A DNA stretch of 64,000 nt, from IMG/VR virus record IMGVR_UViG_3300026472_000003, positions 18,851-82,850 of that record, one strand, 5' to 3'. Under the pieces are notes generated by a model. It saw only the letters and a program-made list of their open reading frames with translations. It made no database searches and had not been told where the DNA came from. A program made the translations under genes and the position numbers. Below, piece after piece: positions 24,084 to 32,838 of the stretch (the first letter of the stretch is position 1; every line of letters starts with the position of its first letter). The stretch is from a virus. Its lineage: Duplodnaviria > Heunggongvirae > Uroviricota > Caudoviricetes.

Positions 24084-24380
24084 TTAGTTTTTAATCGCTT
24101 CGTCCTTCGGAATATACAGGCTTGTTTTGCCTGGGCGATTGACGATCTCAAGGTAGCCTAAGGACGCAAGTTTATCCAACGCCCGACGTACAGTCTTCTC
24201 AGAGACAGCCACTTCTTTTGAAATGGTTGTGGTGGATTCGCAGAACTCATCTCCCCGACTCTGAAAGAATTGCCACCTGAATTTTATATACAGATAAACC
24301 CTAAGGTCTGTTGGGGATACCTCTTTGTTGGAGAGTATCCCGTAAGAACATAAGACACTGAAAGACTTATCAATCCTCAC
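24084..24380 (-). CDS. winged-helix DNA-binding protein, like the N-terminal domain of phage replication initiators
   Basis: LSNKEVSPTDLRVYLYI...STTTISKEVAVSEKTVRRALDKLASLGYLEI; GTG start at 24380 chosen by overlap. Confidence 0.7.
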   Translation of the reverse strand: MRIDKSFSVLCSYGILSNKEVSPTDLRVYLYIKFRWQFFQSRGDEFCESTTTISKEVAVSEKTVRRALDKLASLGYLEIVNRPGKTSLYIPKDEAIKN

Positions 24381-24729
24381 CTTTAAGTGCCTCTTGGATT
24401 TGACGGTTGAGCCAATTACGGGCATGATCCTCAGAGGCATCATTGTTGAACAGGACGGCAAGCCCACACCCTATGTCGTAGAGATGACGGTCGAAGCCGT
24501 CAAGATCCCCCGCCATGGCTATGACAGACCTCTCTGCGTTTGTTGGGTTCAACGGATCACCGATATCATTCTCATCGATGATAGTCTCTCCTCCCCTCTG
24601 CACCCTCACTGTACGTCTCCCAGCTTGGATAGAATAGGATGTGTATGTCTCAGGTTCAGACCTTATGTGGAAAGAGGCAGACACGCCTCTCCTGTTCATT
24701 TCTACAATTGCATGGGATTTACTTTTCAT
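24370..24729 (-). CDS. hypothetical protein
   Basis: GGAGGAG RBS before ATG 24729 (MKSKSHA). Confidence 0.65.
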   Translation of the reverse strand: MKSKSHAIVEMNRRGVSASFHIRSEPETYTSYSIQAGRRTVRVQRGGETIIDENDIGDPLNPTNAERSVIAMAGDLDGFDRHLYDIGCGLAVLFNNDASEDHARNWLNRQIQEALKGED

Positions 24730-25234
24730 CACTCCTCCCGTGATTTTTGTGGTATCCATAAACCCTATTAGCGACCATCCTTGCCTCCACTGCCTCCTCA
24801 AAAGAGGAAAACCTACCAACAGTTTTCTTTTTTCCTCCCCCAGTTCGGATATGGACTGCCCATTTTTCTCTGGATTTGTCCCAACAAACACCTGTTGCAC
24901 CTGATTTATTCAATGGATTAAGTTTCAAATTGGTTCCATTACCACGGTTTGTGGTCACGCGCAGGTTGTCCAGTTTGTTGTTGCCCCGATCATGATCAAT
25001 ATGGTCTATGACCATCCCTGTAGGTATTTCACCATAAACCATAATCCAAATTGCCCTGTGGCAGTCTATCCGCCCCTCTGGTATTCTTAACCTTCTGTAT
25101 TTACTCCTTTTATCTACAGACCCAGCCACGTCACCAGCTTTTATGGTTGTCCATTTTCTTGATGTTTTCCAGTACATATTGCCCGTCTTTGGGCAATAAG
25201 TGAAGAGGGTATCTAAAACGTCCTTTGTTATCAT
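24719..25234 (-). CDS. HNH homing endonuclease with a C-terminal AP2 domain
   Basis: IDHIDHDRGNNKLDNLR...N; SGATGVCWDKSREKWAVHI. Confidence 0.85.
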   Translation of the reverse strand: MITKDVLDTLFTYCPKTGNMYWKTSRKWTTIKAGDVAGSVDKRSKYRRLRIPEGRIDCHRAIWIMVYGEIPTGMVIDHIDHDRGNNKLDNLRVTTNRGNGTNLKLNPLNKSGATGVCWDKSREKWAVHIRTGGGKKKTVGRFSSFEEAVEARMVANRVYGYHKNHGRSDEK

Positions 25235-26655
25235 TTTTCATCCATATTAACTGCCCTGCCGAAAGGGGCAACCCAGTTACGACGCCCGCCGCAGATGACC
25301 CACAGAGTGTCCCACTTCCTACCCCAATCCTTCCTGTTGTTTAAATCCTCAATGTACCCATCCGTGAAGATGATTACATCTTTGGCCTCTGGAATGTTGT
25401 CTTCAATATACTTAAACGCACATGAAGCAGACGTCCCCCCCGTACTGGTGACTTTATAGTTTGCTAGGTCACGAATATTATCCTCAGTATAGACACAAAC
25501 ATTACCAACCTTGGTACTCCAGCAAAATAAGGTTACACGAAAAACCTTGTACAGTATACAAATACCGATGATCTCACTATAGATCCGACGAAGAGTCTCT
25601 GGAGAAATAGATCCTGACACATCAAACCCGATTACAATGTCAATCTTTTCTTTAGGCAACCGACCAGGTAATATCATACTGGCCTTTTTGGATAACCCTC
25701 CGTATTTCCTCATGGCAAAGGTAAGACCCCCACCCCGCTTAGACAAGCGTCGGAAAGAGCGATTAGACTTCACCCGAGAGACCATACGTTGTTTAATCAT
25801 TTTAAGGTAGTCAACCTTCGGATTCTTCCATTCAGCTATCATAGCCCGAGCCTCCTCAGGGCCTTCGCCACCTGCCGATTTCAAGGCAGTGTCTATCATG
25901 TGGCGAGACCAATCGGTAATGTCGTCAAGTTCCTCTTTTGTCAATTGAGGACGTTCTTTACGATAACCAAGAATGTTCAGTTCATCGTCTTTCTCATCTC
26001 GGTGCATGTGGTTACCCACGGGGCGACCCTTCGGTGCGTTGGTCAACATGTCAATGTAGATCTGCTCCGATGTCATCCCTAAGTATTTGAAATTACAGTA
26101 TGCAAAATGGAGAAAACCGAACTCCTTGTCAGGATCGAAAACAGAGGCCCTACCATTGGGGAACCAGCACATAGGTTTTGATCGGTTAGAGTGTTCCATC
26201 ACGATTGTTGTGTTGATGTATTCATCGGTAGCGGCATTGTGCAGCTTGGGATCAAAACTTTTACCACGCCATATGTGGTTATTTGTGACGTGACGCACCT
26301 CATGTTTACAGACGAAGGTCAATTCCGGCATCGTCTTTCCGCGATAGAAAGTACGAATAAATCTCTCCTCCTCCGCCTTCTCTGCTGGAAGCATGGTTGG
26401 GTGGTTTCTTAGCCTCTCCATCACTAACTTTTCCCGTTCCTTAGGCATCCCACAAACGAACTCAGGATTGAAGAAAAGGTTCTTCCCATCGGTGGCGGCA
26501 GTGGTACACCAATCCCAATTAGCTATCAAAGGCATAGAGCTTAGTAGTGTCCCATAAAAAGGATTGACAGAAAGAAGAGCGATCCTCGCAGCTTGGATTC
26601 TTCTACGAGCCTCTGGCTCTAGTGCCTCAATCATTTTGTATTCATCAGGGTACAT
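25231..26655 (-). CDS. metallopeptidase-vWA domain protein (DUF2201-like; MoxR partner)
   Basis: TAATDG...HEVRH (HExxH); MIDAS FDVSGS...TGGT...FTDG. Confidence 0.85.
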   Translation of the reverse strand: MYPDEYKMIEALEPEARRRIQAARIALLSVNPFYGTLLSSMPLIANWDWCTTAATDGKNLFFNPEFVCGMPKEREKLVMERLRNHPTMLPAEKAEEERFIRTFYRGKTMPELTFVCKHEVRHVTNNHIWRGKSFDPKLHNAATDEYINTTIVMEHSNRSKPMCWFPNGRASVFDPDKEFGFLHFAYCNFKYLGMTSEQIYIDMLTNAPKGRPVGNHMHRDEKDDELNILGYRKERPQLTKEELDDITDWSRHMIDTALKSAGGEGPEEARAMIAEWKNPKVDYLKMIKQRMVSRVKSNRSFRRLSKRGGGLTFAMRKYGGLSKKASMILPGRLPKEKIDIVIGFDVSGSISPETLRRIYSEIIGICILYKVFRVTLFCWSTKVGNVCVYTEDNIRDLANYKVTSTGGTSASCAFKYIEDNIPEAKDVIIFTDGYIEDLNNRKDWGRKWDTLWVICGGRRNWVAPFGRAVNMDEK

Positions 26656-27237
26656 CTATCCCTCCTCTTTCAAATTTTTTATATTTTGCAACAACCCATC
26701 AAACAGGTCTGGGTGAATGGTGTTACAAAGTCTTTTGTATCCAATGGCGCGTCTCATCTTCTCTTCATACCACGCCAAGTGGGCTTGTTGTGGGGAAAGA
26801 AAACTACCTAAATGCTTTTGTTTCCCATTCTTACCGTCTGAAATTTGGGCAGTGTATTTTCCATCACGGTAACGAACCCCTAGTGGTTGATCGCCTCTTG
26901 AAATCATCCGGCAAGCCACAAAAGCGTTCAACTCAGAGGGGACATAGACACAACCCTTCGGGGAGTACACCCTATTTCCAGGTATTAGTATGTCCTTGTC
27001 CAGAACCCACCCTTCCCTGTAATTTTCATCATGCCACGTATTGAATTTGGAGAATGTGTGCCAGACCTCGGCTACAGAACATCCCTCATACGTTGGTCGA
27101 AATGGTTTATGATCATAAGCTCTAAAAAGCATGGTTTTCCAATTATCATACGATTTTAAACGGACTGTTTTTCCGTTCTCGGTATGTGAAGTGGAACCCC
27201 GCATGTCATTAAAACCTACACCCATGACAAGTTTCAT
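26656..27237 (-). CDS. HNH-like homing endonuclease (LDKDIL family) with an AP2-like tail
   Basis: WVLDKDILIPGNRVYSPKGCVYVPSELN; start moved to ATG 27237 behind GGAG. Confidence 0.75.
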   Translation of the reverse strand: MKLVMGVGFNDMRGSTSHTENGKTVRLKSYDNWKTMLFRAYDHKPFRPTYEGCSVAEVWHTFSKFNTWHDENYREGWVLDKDILIPGNRVYSPKGCVYVPSELNAFVACRMISRGDQPLGVRYRDGKYTAQISDGKNGKQKHLGSFLSPQQAHLAWYEEKMRRAIGYKRLCNTIHPDLFDGLLQNIKNLKEEG

Positions 27238-27249
27238 TTCTTCTCCAAT

Positions 27250-27277
27250 AAAAAAGGCCATCTGTTATGATGGCCTA
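27250..27277 (-). terminator. intrinsic terminator
   Basis: minus strand AGGCCATC-ataaca-GATGGCCT-TTTTT. Confidence 0.75.
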
Positions 27278-27293
27278 GTATACACGTTTCAGA

Positions 27294-27548
27294 TTACTTT
27301 TCAACCTTTTTGACGATTGTTGAAGGAAAATAATCCTTGTCACCCTTCATGCGGTAGCCCCAAGCATATCCGTTTTGGATGGCGAAGAGGACAATGGCAT
27401 CCACCTCTCCTACCCGCTTGGTTTGCTGGTTGTTAACTACATCCCCAAGTTTGTACTCAGGGATAAAGTTATCGGACAAGGCCTTGGCCTCAATCTCGGC
27501 AGGGGGTCTGCCCAAAATCTCTTCGTATGGAGTTACTGCCGAACTCAT
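27294..27548 (-). CDS. hypothetical protein
   Basis: ATGA overlap with the upstream gene. Confidence 0.65.
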   Translation of the reverse strand: MSSAVTPYEEILGRPPAEIEAKALSDNFIPEYKLGDVVNNQQTKRVGEVDAIVLFAIQNGYAWGYRMKGDKDYFPSTIVKKVEK

Positions 27549-28441
27549 TTCACCGCCTTATTGAACATTGCTGCAATCTTAGGGACACTCATTCCCGTAG
27601 CAATCATCATGGATGTCACAGCATCACTGATCTTCTTATCCACAACCAAGAAGTTATCCTTGGCAAAACCCGCCTGCAAATCCAGGATAAGGACATGCTT
27701 TGGCTCTTTGTCCAGAGGCGCTCCAGTCAGGGAGCACACCTTGCGGATGTATTTAGCCTTGAATTGTGCAAAAGAAACAGAGACTTTCATACCAACCTGC
27801 GAGAAATCAGTGCAGTATTTTGAGTAAGCCAGTGCAACAGCTACATCCTCAGGGACTGCCTCTGGTGTCGGGATCAGACACTCTTCTGGTTGAACTTCCT
27901 GGCATAGGTCACCCTGTGCCACAGAGATGTTGTTGCCTGCTTGCATAGTCTCTTCCACTTGTTCTTCCTCCGGTTGGTTAGCATTGGGGATGTATTTAGT
28001 TTTCAAGCTCTCCATGTGGGCTTGAGACATATAGAGCATCATGCTCTTGACAATCTCACGATCTAAAGGCTCCACGATAGTGGTGGCAATCTTCTTGTCC
28101 AAGAGATTGTCTTTCAACTGATTAGCACGTTGCATAACGACACAGATATTACCACGAACATAACCTTTGGTGTCGTCAATACGCTCAATGGTAGGGTAGC
28201 GTGGGTGAGATGAGTCCCCGTTAGCCCCAGCAATGAGGGTACTGAATGTCAGATTGGTGTAGTCACAAGCCCCGTGACCGAGTAGTTTAAACCCAATCAT
28301 GAACATATCTTCCATAGTTAGATTACACTCAAGACCTCGATCTGCTGCATTTTTCTGTTTAGCCACCAGGCGGCGACCAAGACGTGCCTGTTCGTCTGTC
28401 GTAAATTTACTGCTTAAGTCTTTGATAGAAACGCTATTCAT
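27545..28441 (-). CDS. Srd-like / HNH-fold protein with a duplicated domain
   Basis: AADRGLECNLT...CDYT...TIERIDDTKGYVRGNICVV...ANQLK; degenerate second copy after an acidic linker. Confidence 0.55.
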   Translation of the reverse strand: MNSVSIKDLSSKFTTDEQARLGRRLVAKQKNAADRGLECNLTMEDMFMIGFKLLGHGACDYTNLTFSTLIAGANGDSSHPRYPTIERIDDTKGYVRGNICVVMQRANQLKDNLLDKKIATTIVEPLDREIVKSMMLYMSQAHMESLKTKYIPNANQPEEEQVEETMQAGNNISVAQGDLCQEVQPEECLIPTPEAVPEDVAVALAYSKYCTDFSQVGMKVSVSFAQFKAKYIRKVCSLTGAPLDKEPKHVLILDLQAGFAKDNFLVVDKKISDAVTSMMIATGMSVPKIAAMFNKAVK

Positions 28442-28579
28442 TCTCTTCTCCTACAACTACTGATGTTGGGTTATTCCCGTTTTGTTGAGGCTATTCTGAC
28501 ACGGGATATAATTATGTCAACCCCTTGAAGGTATAATTTTTTATCTGTATACTTAGGAAATCAAACTAAGGAGAATATC

Positions 28580-29632
28580 ATGGCTAACATCAGTGGAGGA
28601 TGGGATGAACCTTGGAAATCCCTCCTAGAAGAAAAGAGAAATGGATTCAAGAACCCTCATGAGGCTCTATATTATGAGAAGTACCTTACCAACAACCATT
28701 TCTGGGACGAAACTAACCGACAAAGTGCGAAGAACGCTGTGGATGAAATGCAGGCTGTTGAAAGAGCTGCTAACACATTTTCTATTCCTTGGCTTTTGGT
28801 TGCGTTGTCCCAGATGGGTGAAGGATACTTTCTCTTGGATAGATATGGCCCCGACTTGGCATGTGCTCTTGAAGGGGAGAATGTAAAAGATAAGGGTTAC
28901 TTTAAGGGTATCACTGTAGAAAGAGTGAGATCCAACCCAAGAACCAACAGGTTCTTATTTGATGACGATGTTAGGCGGCTTGAGGCATACATAACCATGC
29001 CAGATGGTGAAGGATCTGTCTTCAAAGATTTCTGTGGTTTTCTACAAAGGGGTTATCATTCTGGTAACAGGTTGGCGGGGATACTTGCTGACGGTGATAA
29101 CGGATTTTTTGGTACGACCAAAAGAGACATTCTTATCCAAGTAGATATAAAATATACCCGCCATCGTCCTGGTTCTGACGAAGAGAAAAATTTCTTTACC
29201 CGTATGGCGAGTAGCAATGACCAATACACTGTTGTTGCTGCCTCTATGCATGTTGGTAAGTGGAACTTTAAGCAGTACCTATTTCCAAACTCTCAAAGAA
29301 TGGAGAGGTTGAAGTATCTCGGGTACTTAGACCAAGTAGGATTAACAGTGGAAGGGACGAAAGGCTTAGAGGAGTTGGTAATTTATACTCAACCATCGCT
29401 GGACTCTCCCCCACTGTACGAAATAATCCACCATGGAGAGCTTCAAGGGATGAGAGAGGGAGAATCCTGGACAGAAAAAGAGTTATCTCTTTTAGAGATG
29501 ATGGAGTTAAAGGGTGAAATCTTTATTGACACAAACAATCCCCCACGTATAATGAAGATCCTAAGAGAAGCCACAGGTGGCTTTCTCGAAAATAAATACA
29601 ACTTTACTTCAACCAGGAAAATGATGCTATGA
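28580..29632 (+). CDS. hypothetical protein (350 aa)
   Basis: AAGGAG RBS; no motif recognised. Confidence 0.8.
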   Translation: MANISGGWDEPWKSLLEEKRNGFKNPHEALYYEKYLTNNHFWDETNRQSAKNAVDEMQAVERAANTFSIPWLLVALSQMGEGYFLLDRYGPDLACALEGENVKDKGYFKGITVERVRSNPRTNRFLFDDDVRRLEAYITMPDGEGSVFKDFCGFLQRGYHSGNRLAGILADGDNGFFGTTKRDILIQVDIKYTRHRPGSDEEKNFFTRMASSNDQYTVVAASMHVGKWNFKQYLFPNSQRMERLKYLGYLDQVGLTVEGTKGLEELVIYTQPSLDSPPLYEIIHHGELQGMREGESWTEKELSLLEMMELKGEIFIDTNNPPRIMKILREATGGFLENKYNFTSTRKMML

Positions 29633-30141
29633 CCGATAAACTGAGAATCCAAGAGTTGACCCCTACCCAGGAATTATCTCTTGCTATCAAACTGGCGGCA
29701 GAGGGACATCTTGATCAGAAGGATAAGGGTGGAAACCCATACATTCTTCATCCTCTTAAGGTGATGCACTACCTGAAAACGGACGACTTTCAGTTGATGG
29801 CTATCGGTGTCATGCATGATTTACTGGAAGATACAGATTTGATTGCAGCGGATCTGGTGTTGATGGGGTTCTCTCAGCGCGTCATTGGTGGGACAGTCCT
29901 CTTAACCAAGAAGGAAACCCAGACACCGGAGGAATACTTGACAGGTATTCTCAGTAACTATGACGCAATCCGCGTCAAACTGTGCGACTTACGCCATAAT
30001 ACCGATGTTCGTCGTCTGAAAGGTGTGGGACATAAAGATTTGCTTCGGATTCAGAAGTATCATGATATGTACGTTCGTCTGAAAACAGCAAAAGAACTCC
30101 ACGAATCACTTAACGCCTTGAGTGTGGGAGCAGTATCATGA
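29629..30141 (+). CDS. HD-domain (p)ppGpp hydrolase-like protein (Mesh1/SpoT type)
   Basis: H.DQKDKGGNPYILHP...MHDLLEDT...VKLCDLRHN. Confidence 0.85.
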   Translation: MTDKLRIQELTPTQELSLAIKLAAEGHLDQKDKGGNPYILHPLKVMHYLKTDDFQLMAIGVMHDLLEDTDLIAADLVLMGFSQRVIGGTVLLTKKETQTPEEYLTGILSNYDAIRVKLCDLRHNTDVRRLKGVGHKDLLRIQKYHDMYVRLKTAKELHESLNALSVGAVS

Positions 30142-30257
30142 ATATCTGTTACGGAGAGATCGCTTTTGGTTTTACCAACAATGAGTTCATTCTCCTTTGT
30201 TGTCTTCTTGGAGGCATCACAGGCCTCCTCATCTCTTATTTTTGTAACAGAGGGTAA
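30138..30257 (+). CDS. membrane microprotein (39 aa, not in the track)
   Basis: ATGA overlap; GGGAG RBS; one TM helix. Confidence 0.45.
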   Translation: MNICYGEIAFGFTNNEFILLCCLLGGITGLLISYFCNRG

Positions 30258-30262
30258 TTATC

Positions 30263-30364
30263 ATGGGTGGAGCGGAGACGTTAGGTGCAGGCATGGCCTT
30301 TATTGTCGTTGGTCTTGTTGTGTATGTGGTATGGAAGATCCTCAAATTCATTTTTTGGGGGTAG
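30263..30364 (+). CDS. membrane microprotein (33 aa, not in the track)
   Basis: GAGGG RBS; MGGAETLGAGMAFIVVGLVVYVVWKILKFIFWG. Confidence 0.5.
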   Translation: MGGAETLGAGMAFIVVGLVVYVVWKILKFIFWG

Positions 30365-30365
30365 C

Positions 30366-30776
30366 ATGAACCTATTAACTCTGCTTCGTACAAACCTATA
30401 CACCCAAAAACAGATGGGGTTTTTATTAGGAATAAAACCGTACAGGGTTAGTGAGCTGGTCTGTTTGTTGGAGCGGCGGGGATACATCGAGGTTAACCGG
30501 AGCTTTGTACAAGGTAATCGAGGTGGAAGGAATATTGTAATTAACGGCATGAATCTTTATAAAACAAAACTATATAGGAGACAAACGTGGGATCTCGAAA
30601 AGAGTTTACTCATCGCGGTCAAATTAGAAAACCATCGCTTGGATGGGGCTGGTCTGAACAACTGCGAGAAACAGACAGACATTGGATCTCCAGTGTGCAA
30701 ACAACAAACGGAGAGATCGTCAAGTACCGGAAGAAGGACGGTAAGCGTGTGGGTGGCGAAGATGTTCTCGATTTAA
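30366..30776 (+). CDS. winged-helix DNA-binding protein
   Basis: YTQKQMGFLLGIKPYRVSELVCLLERRGYIEV; start moved to 30366. Confidence 0.6.
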   Translation: MNLLTLLRTNLYTQKQMGFLLGIKPYRVSELVCLLERRGYIEVNRSFVQGNRGGRNIVINGMNLYKTKLYRRQTWDLEKSLLIAVKLENHRLDGAGLNNCEKQTDIGSPVCKQQTERSSSTGRRTVSVWVAKMFSI

Positions 30777-30789
30777 CCTCGATAAAGGA

Positions 30790-31146
30790 GTGCAAATAAT
30801 GGCAAAACTTAGCAAACACACAAATAAGTGGGAGATGGTTCGCATCCTCCTGTCGTTCCAAGGGACAGAAGAATCCTTCGTGTCTCAGAATAAGGCTGAC
30901 ATTGACCAGATTCTCGTCTCATTGGCCTCTGTCCCTCCCGAAGAGAAGCAACGTTTCCATGTGGCTTCACGGGCGATCCTATTAAAATACTGGAACGTTG
31001 ACCGCAAGGCTTGTACAGAATATCTCGCTGGCAAGAAACCTGCTCTGGACAAAATGTTTCTGCGTCGTGCCACTCATGGTGGGAACTCAAACTACACAGG
31101 TATGTTTGATGATGCAGAGAAAAACATATCTATATGGAAAAGCTGA
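30790..31146 (+). CDS. hypothetical protein
   Basis: AAGGAG RBS (likely start ATG 30799). Confidence 0.7.
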   Translation: MQIMAKLSKHTNKWEMVRILLSFQGTEESFVSQNKADIDQILVSLASVPPEEKQRFHVASRAILLKYWNVDRKACTEYLAGKKPALDKMFLRRATHGGNSNYTGMFDDAEKNISIWKS

Positions 31147-31147
31147 T

Positions 31148-31360
31148 ATGAGTAAAAATGTAACTGCTAAGGTATACATGCGCCTGTCTGTGGAGGTTCA
31201 TGTTGGTAATTGGTGCGGGGGTCAGGACTTTAACTCATTGTATAATCAAGCACTGAGAGAAGCCCGTAATTCTGTTGCCCACATCTGCAAGAACACAAAC
31301 GTCAAGCTAATAGACGCCCATAAAGGTGAAATGAACGTCCACATACAGGAGGGACATTAA
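31148..31360 (+). CDS. hypothetical protein
   Basis: start moved to ATG 31148 (MSKNVTAK). Confidence 0.6.
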   Translation: MSKNVTAKVYMRLSVEVHVGNWCGGQDFNSLYNQALREARNSVAHICKNTNVKLIDAHKGEMNVHIQEGH

Positions 31361-31361
31361 T

Positions 31362-31574
31362 ATGGATGCTCATTTATCAATCGTCAGACCCGGTTCTTGC
31401 GATGACACTGAGATCCGTGTCATTATTAGAATTGAGATGGGTAAAACAATAACTGCGGTACTTAGTCCTGAGGATCTCGCTTTAACTTTAACCGGAAAAT
31501 CAGATGTACCTGTGGTTTTGAAATTGCGTAATGTCTCCCTCGACCTGGATAAAGGAATAAAGAATGTCTCGTAA
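31362..31574 (+). CDS. hypothetical protein
   Basis: GGAGG RBS. Confidence 0.65.
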   Translation: MDAHLSIVRPGSCDDTEIRVIIRIEMGKTITAVLSPEDLALTLTGKSDVPVVLKLRNVSLDLDKGIKNVS

Positions 31575-32775
31575 TATTTTTAAAGAGAATCAGATTAATT
31601 TACGGGAGATGAATGATATTGTGGCCTGTTGTGCTCGCAATAAAATCTCCTTGCTAATTTATGGTGGCCCAGGCTTGGGAAAGAGCCAGAAAATCCAGCA
31701 GTTGGCAGATGAAATGTTCGGTGTTCGCCACATAGGCCAAGAACGAAACGTAGTGGACTTCCGCCTGGCGGATAAAGAACCATCGGACGTCGCCGGACAC
31801 CAAATACCTGTAGAGGTTGAGGGTAAGTTCAAAACTGTTTATGCGGTTCCTGACTTCTGGCCTACCGACCCCGCCTGGGAAGGATTCATTTTCATGGATG
31901 AGTTGCTCAATGCAGAGCCTTATCTCCAGAATGTGGCCTTTCAAATCATGCTTGATCGCCGTATTGGGACGTATGAGTTCCCGAAAGGTGCAGTCATGGT
32001 GGGTGCGGGCAACCGTGACGGAGATGGTGGGGCGACCCATGCCATTGTTCCTGCACTGGCTAACCGTATGATGATCGTGGAACTGGAATATGATGCCACA
32101 GTCTTTATTGAAGACTATGCGATTCCCTACAATGTTCACACAAACATTATTGGTTTGTTAAAAACTCGTGGTGATTTCATCGAGAACTATGAGAAGCAGT
32201 GTGTGGAACAGGGGTCTCCTTCTTACACAACACCTCGTTCTCTAGCTCAGGCGAGCAAGATCCTCTATGAACGTGACGCTGGCCTGATCACTGATCGCCA
32301 GATGGGGGTTATGTTGCAAGGCCTTGTGGGGAAAATGACCTCTGATGCTCTGATTCTTCACCGTCGTAACAGCAAATTACCTCAGATACGGAAAATTTTA
32401 TCTGGAGAGGTGACTGTGGCTGGTTCAGATATCACGGATGACATGCAGTTTATCTTAGGTTTGGAGGGGACAAGAATCCTACGTGAAGAAATCATGAAGG
32501 ACTCTCGCTCTGATGAAGAAATTTTGCTGTCAGCAAAGAACTTCTTAACATATCTGCATACCAATTTCGCAGAACGCAACGCCGACTTCGTGATGTCCGT
32601 GTTCTTGAAGTTCCTCAACAAATCCCCTGAGGGAGAGGCGTTGCTGAAAGCCAACCCACTGCGTGAAAAACTGATACCGAAAATGGCTAATAACTACGAG
32701 GTGGTCATGGAGATCATCAACAAATACCATGATGAGTTTTCTAAATCTGTTGCTGAGGCAAAGAAAAGTTCTTAA
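31564..32775 (+). CDS. MoxR-like AAA+ ATPase
   Basis: Walker A GGPGLGKS, Walker B FIFMDE, sensor GAGNR, Arg finger LANRM. Confidence 0.9.
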   Translation: MSRNIFKENQINLREMNDIVACCARNKISLLIYGGPGLGKSQKIQQLADEMFGVRHIGQERNVVDFRLADKEPSDVAGHQIPVEVEGKFKTVYAVPDFWPTDPAWEGFIFMDELLNAEPYLQNVAFQIMLDRRIGTYEFPKGAVMVGAGNRDGDGGATHAIVPALANRMMIVELEYDATVFIEDYAIPYNVHTNIIGLLKTRGDFIENYEKQCVEQGSPSYTTPRSLAQASKILYERDAGLITDRQMGVMLQGLVGKMTSDALILHRRNSKLPQIRKILSGEVTVAGSDITDDMQFILGLEGTRILREEIMKDSRSDEEILLSAKNFLTYLHTNFAERNADFVMSVFLKFLNKSPEGEALLKANPLREKLIPKMANNYEVVMEIINKYHDEFSKSVAEAKKSS

Positions 32776-32780
32776 TGGTA

Positions 32781-32809
32781 TTGACAGCCCAGGGACGGGC
32801 TGGTATTGT
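32781..32809 (+). promoter_or_regulatory. sigma70 promoter with a palindromic spacer
   Basis: TTGACA-17-TATTGT; CAGCCC-aggga-cGGGCTG. Confidence 0.7.
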
Positions 32810-32838
32810 GGTGTCAACAAAACAAAATAGGTTACATT

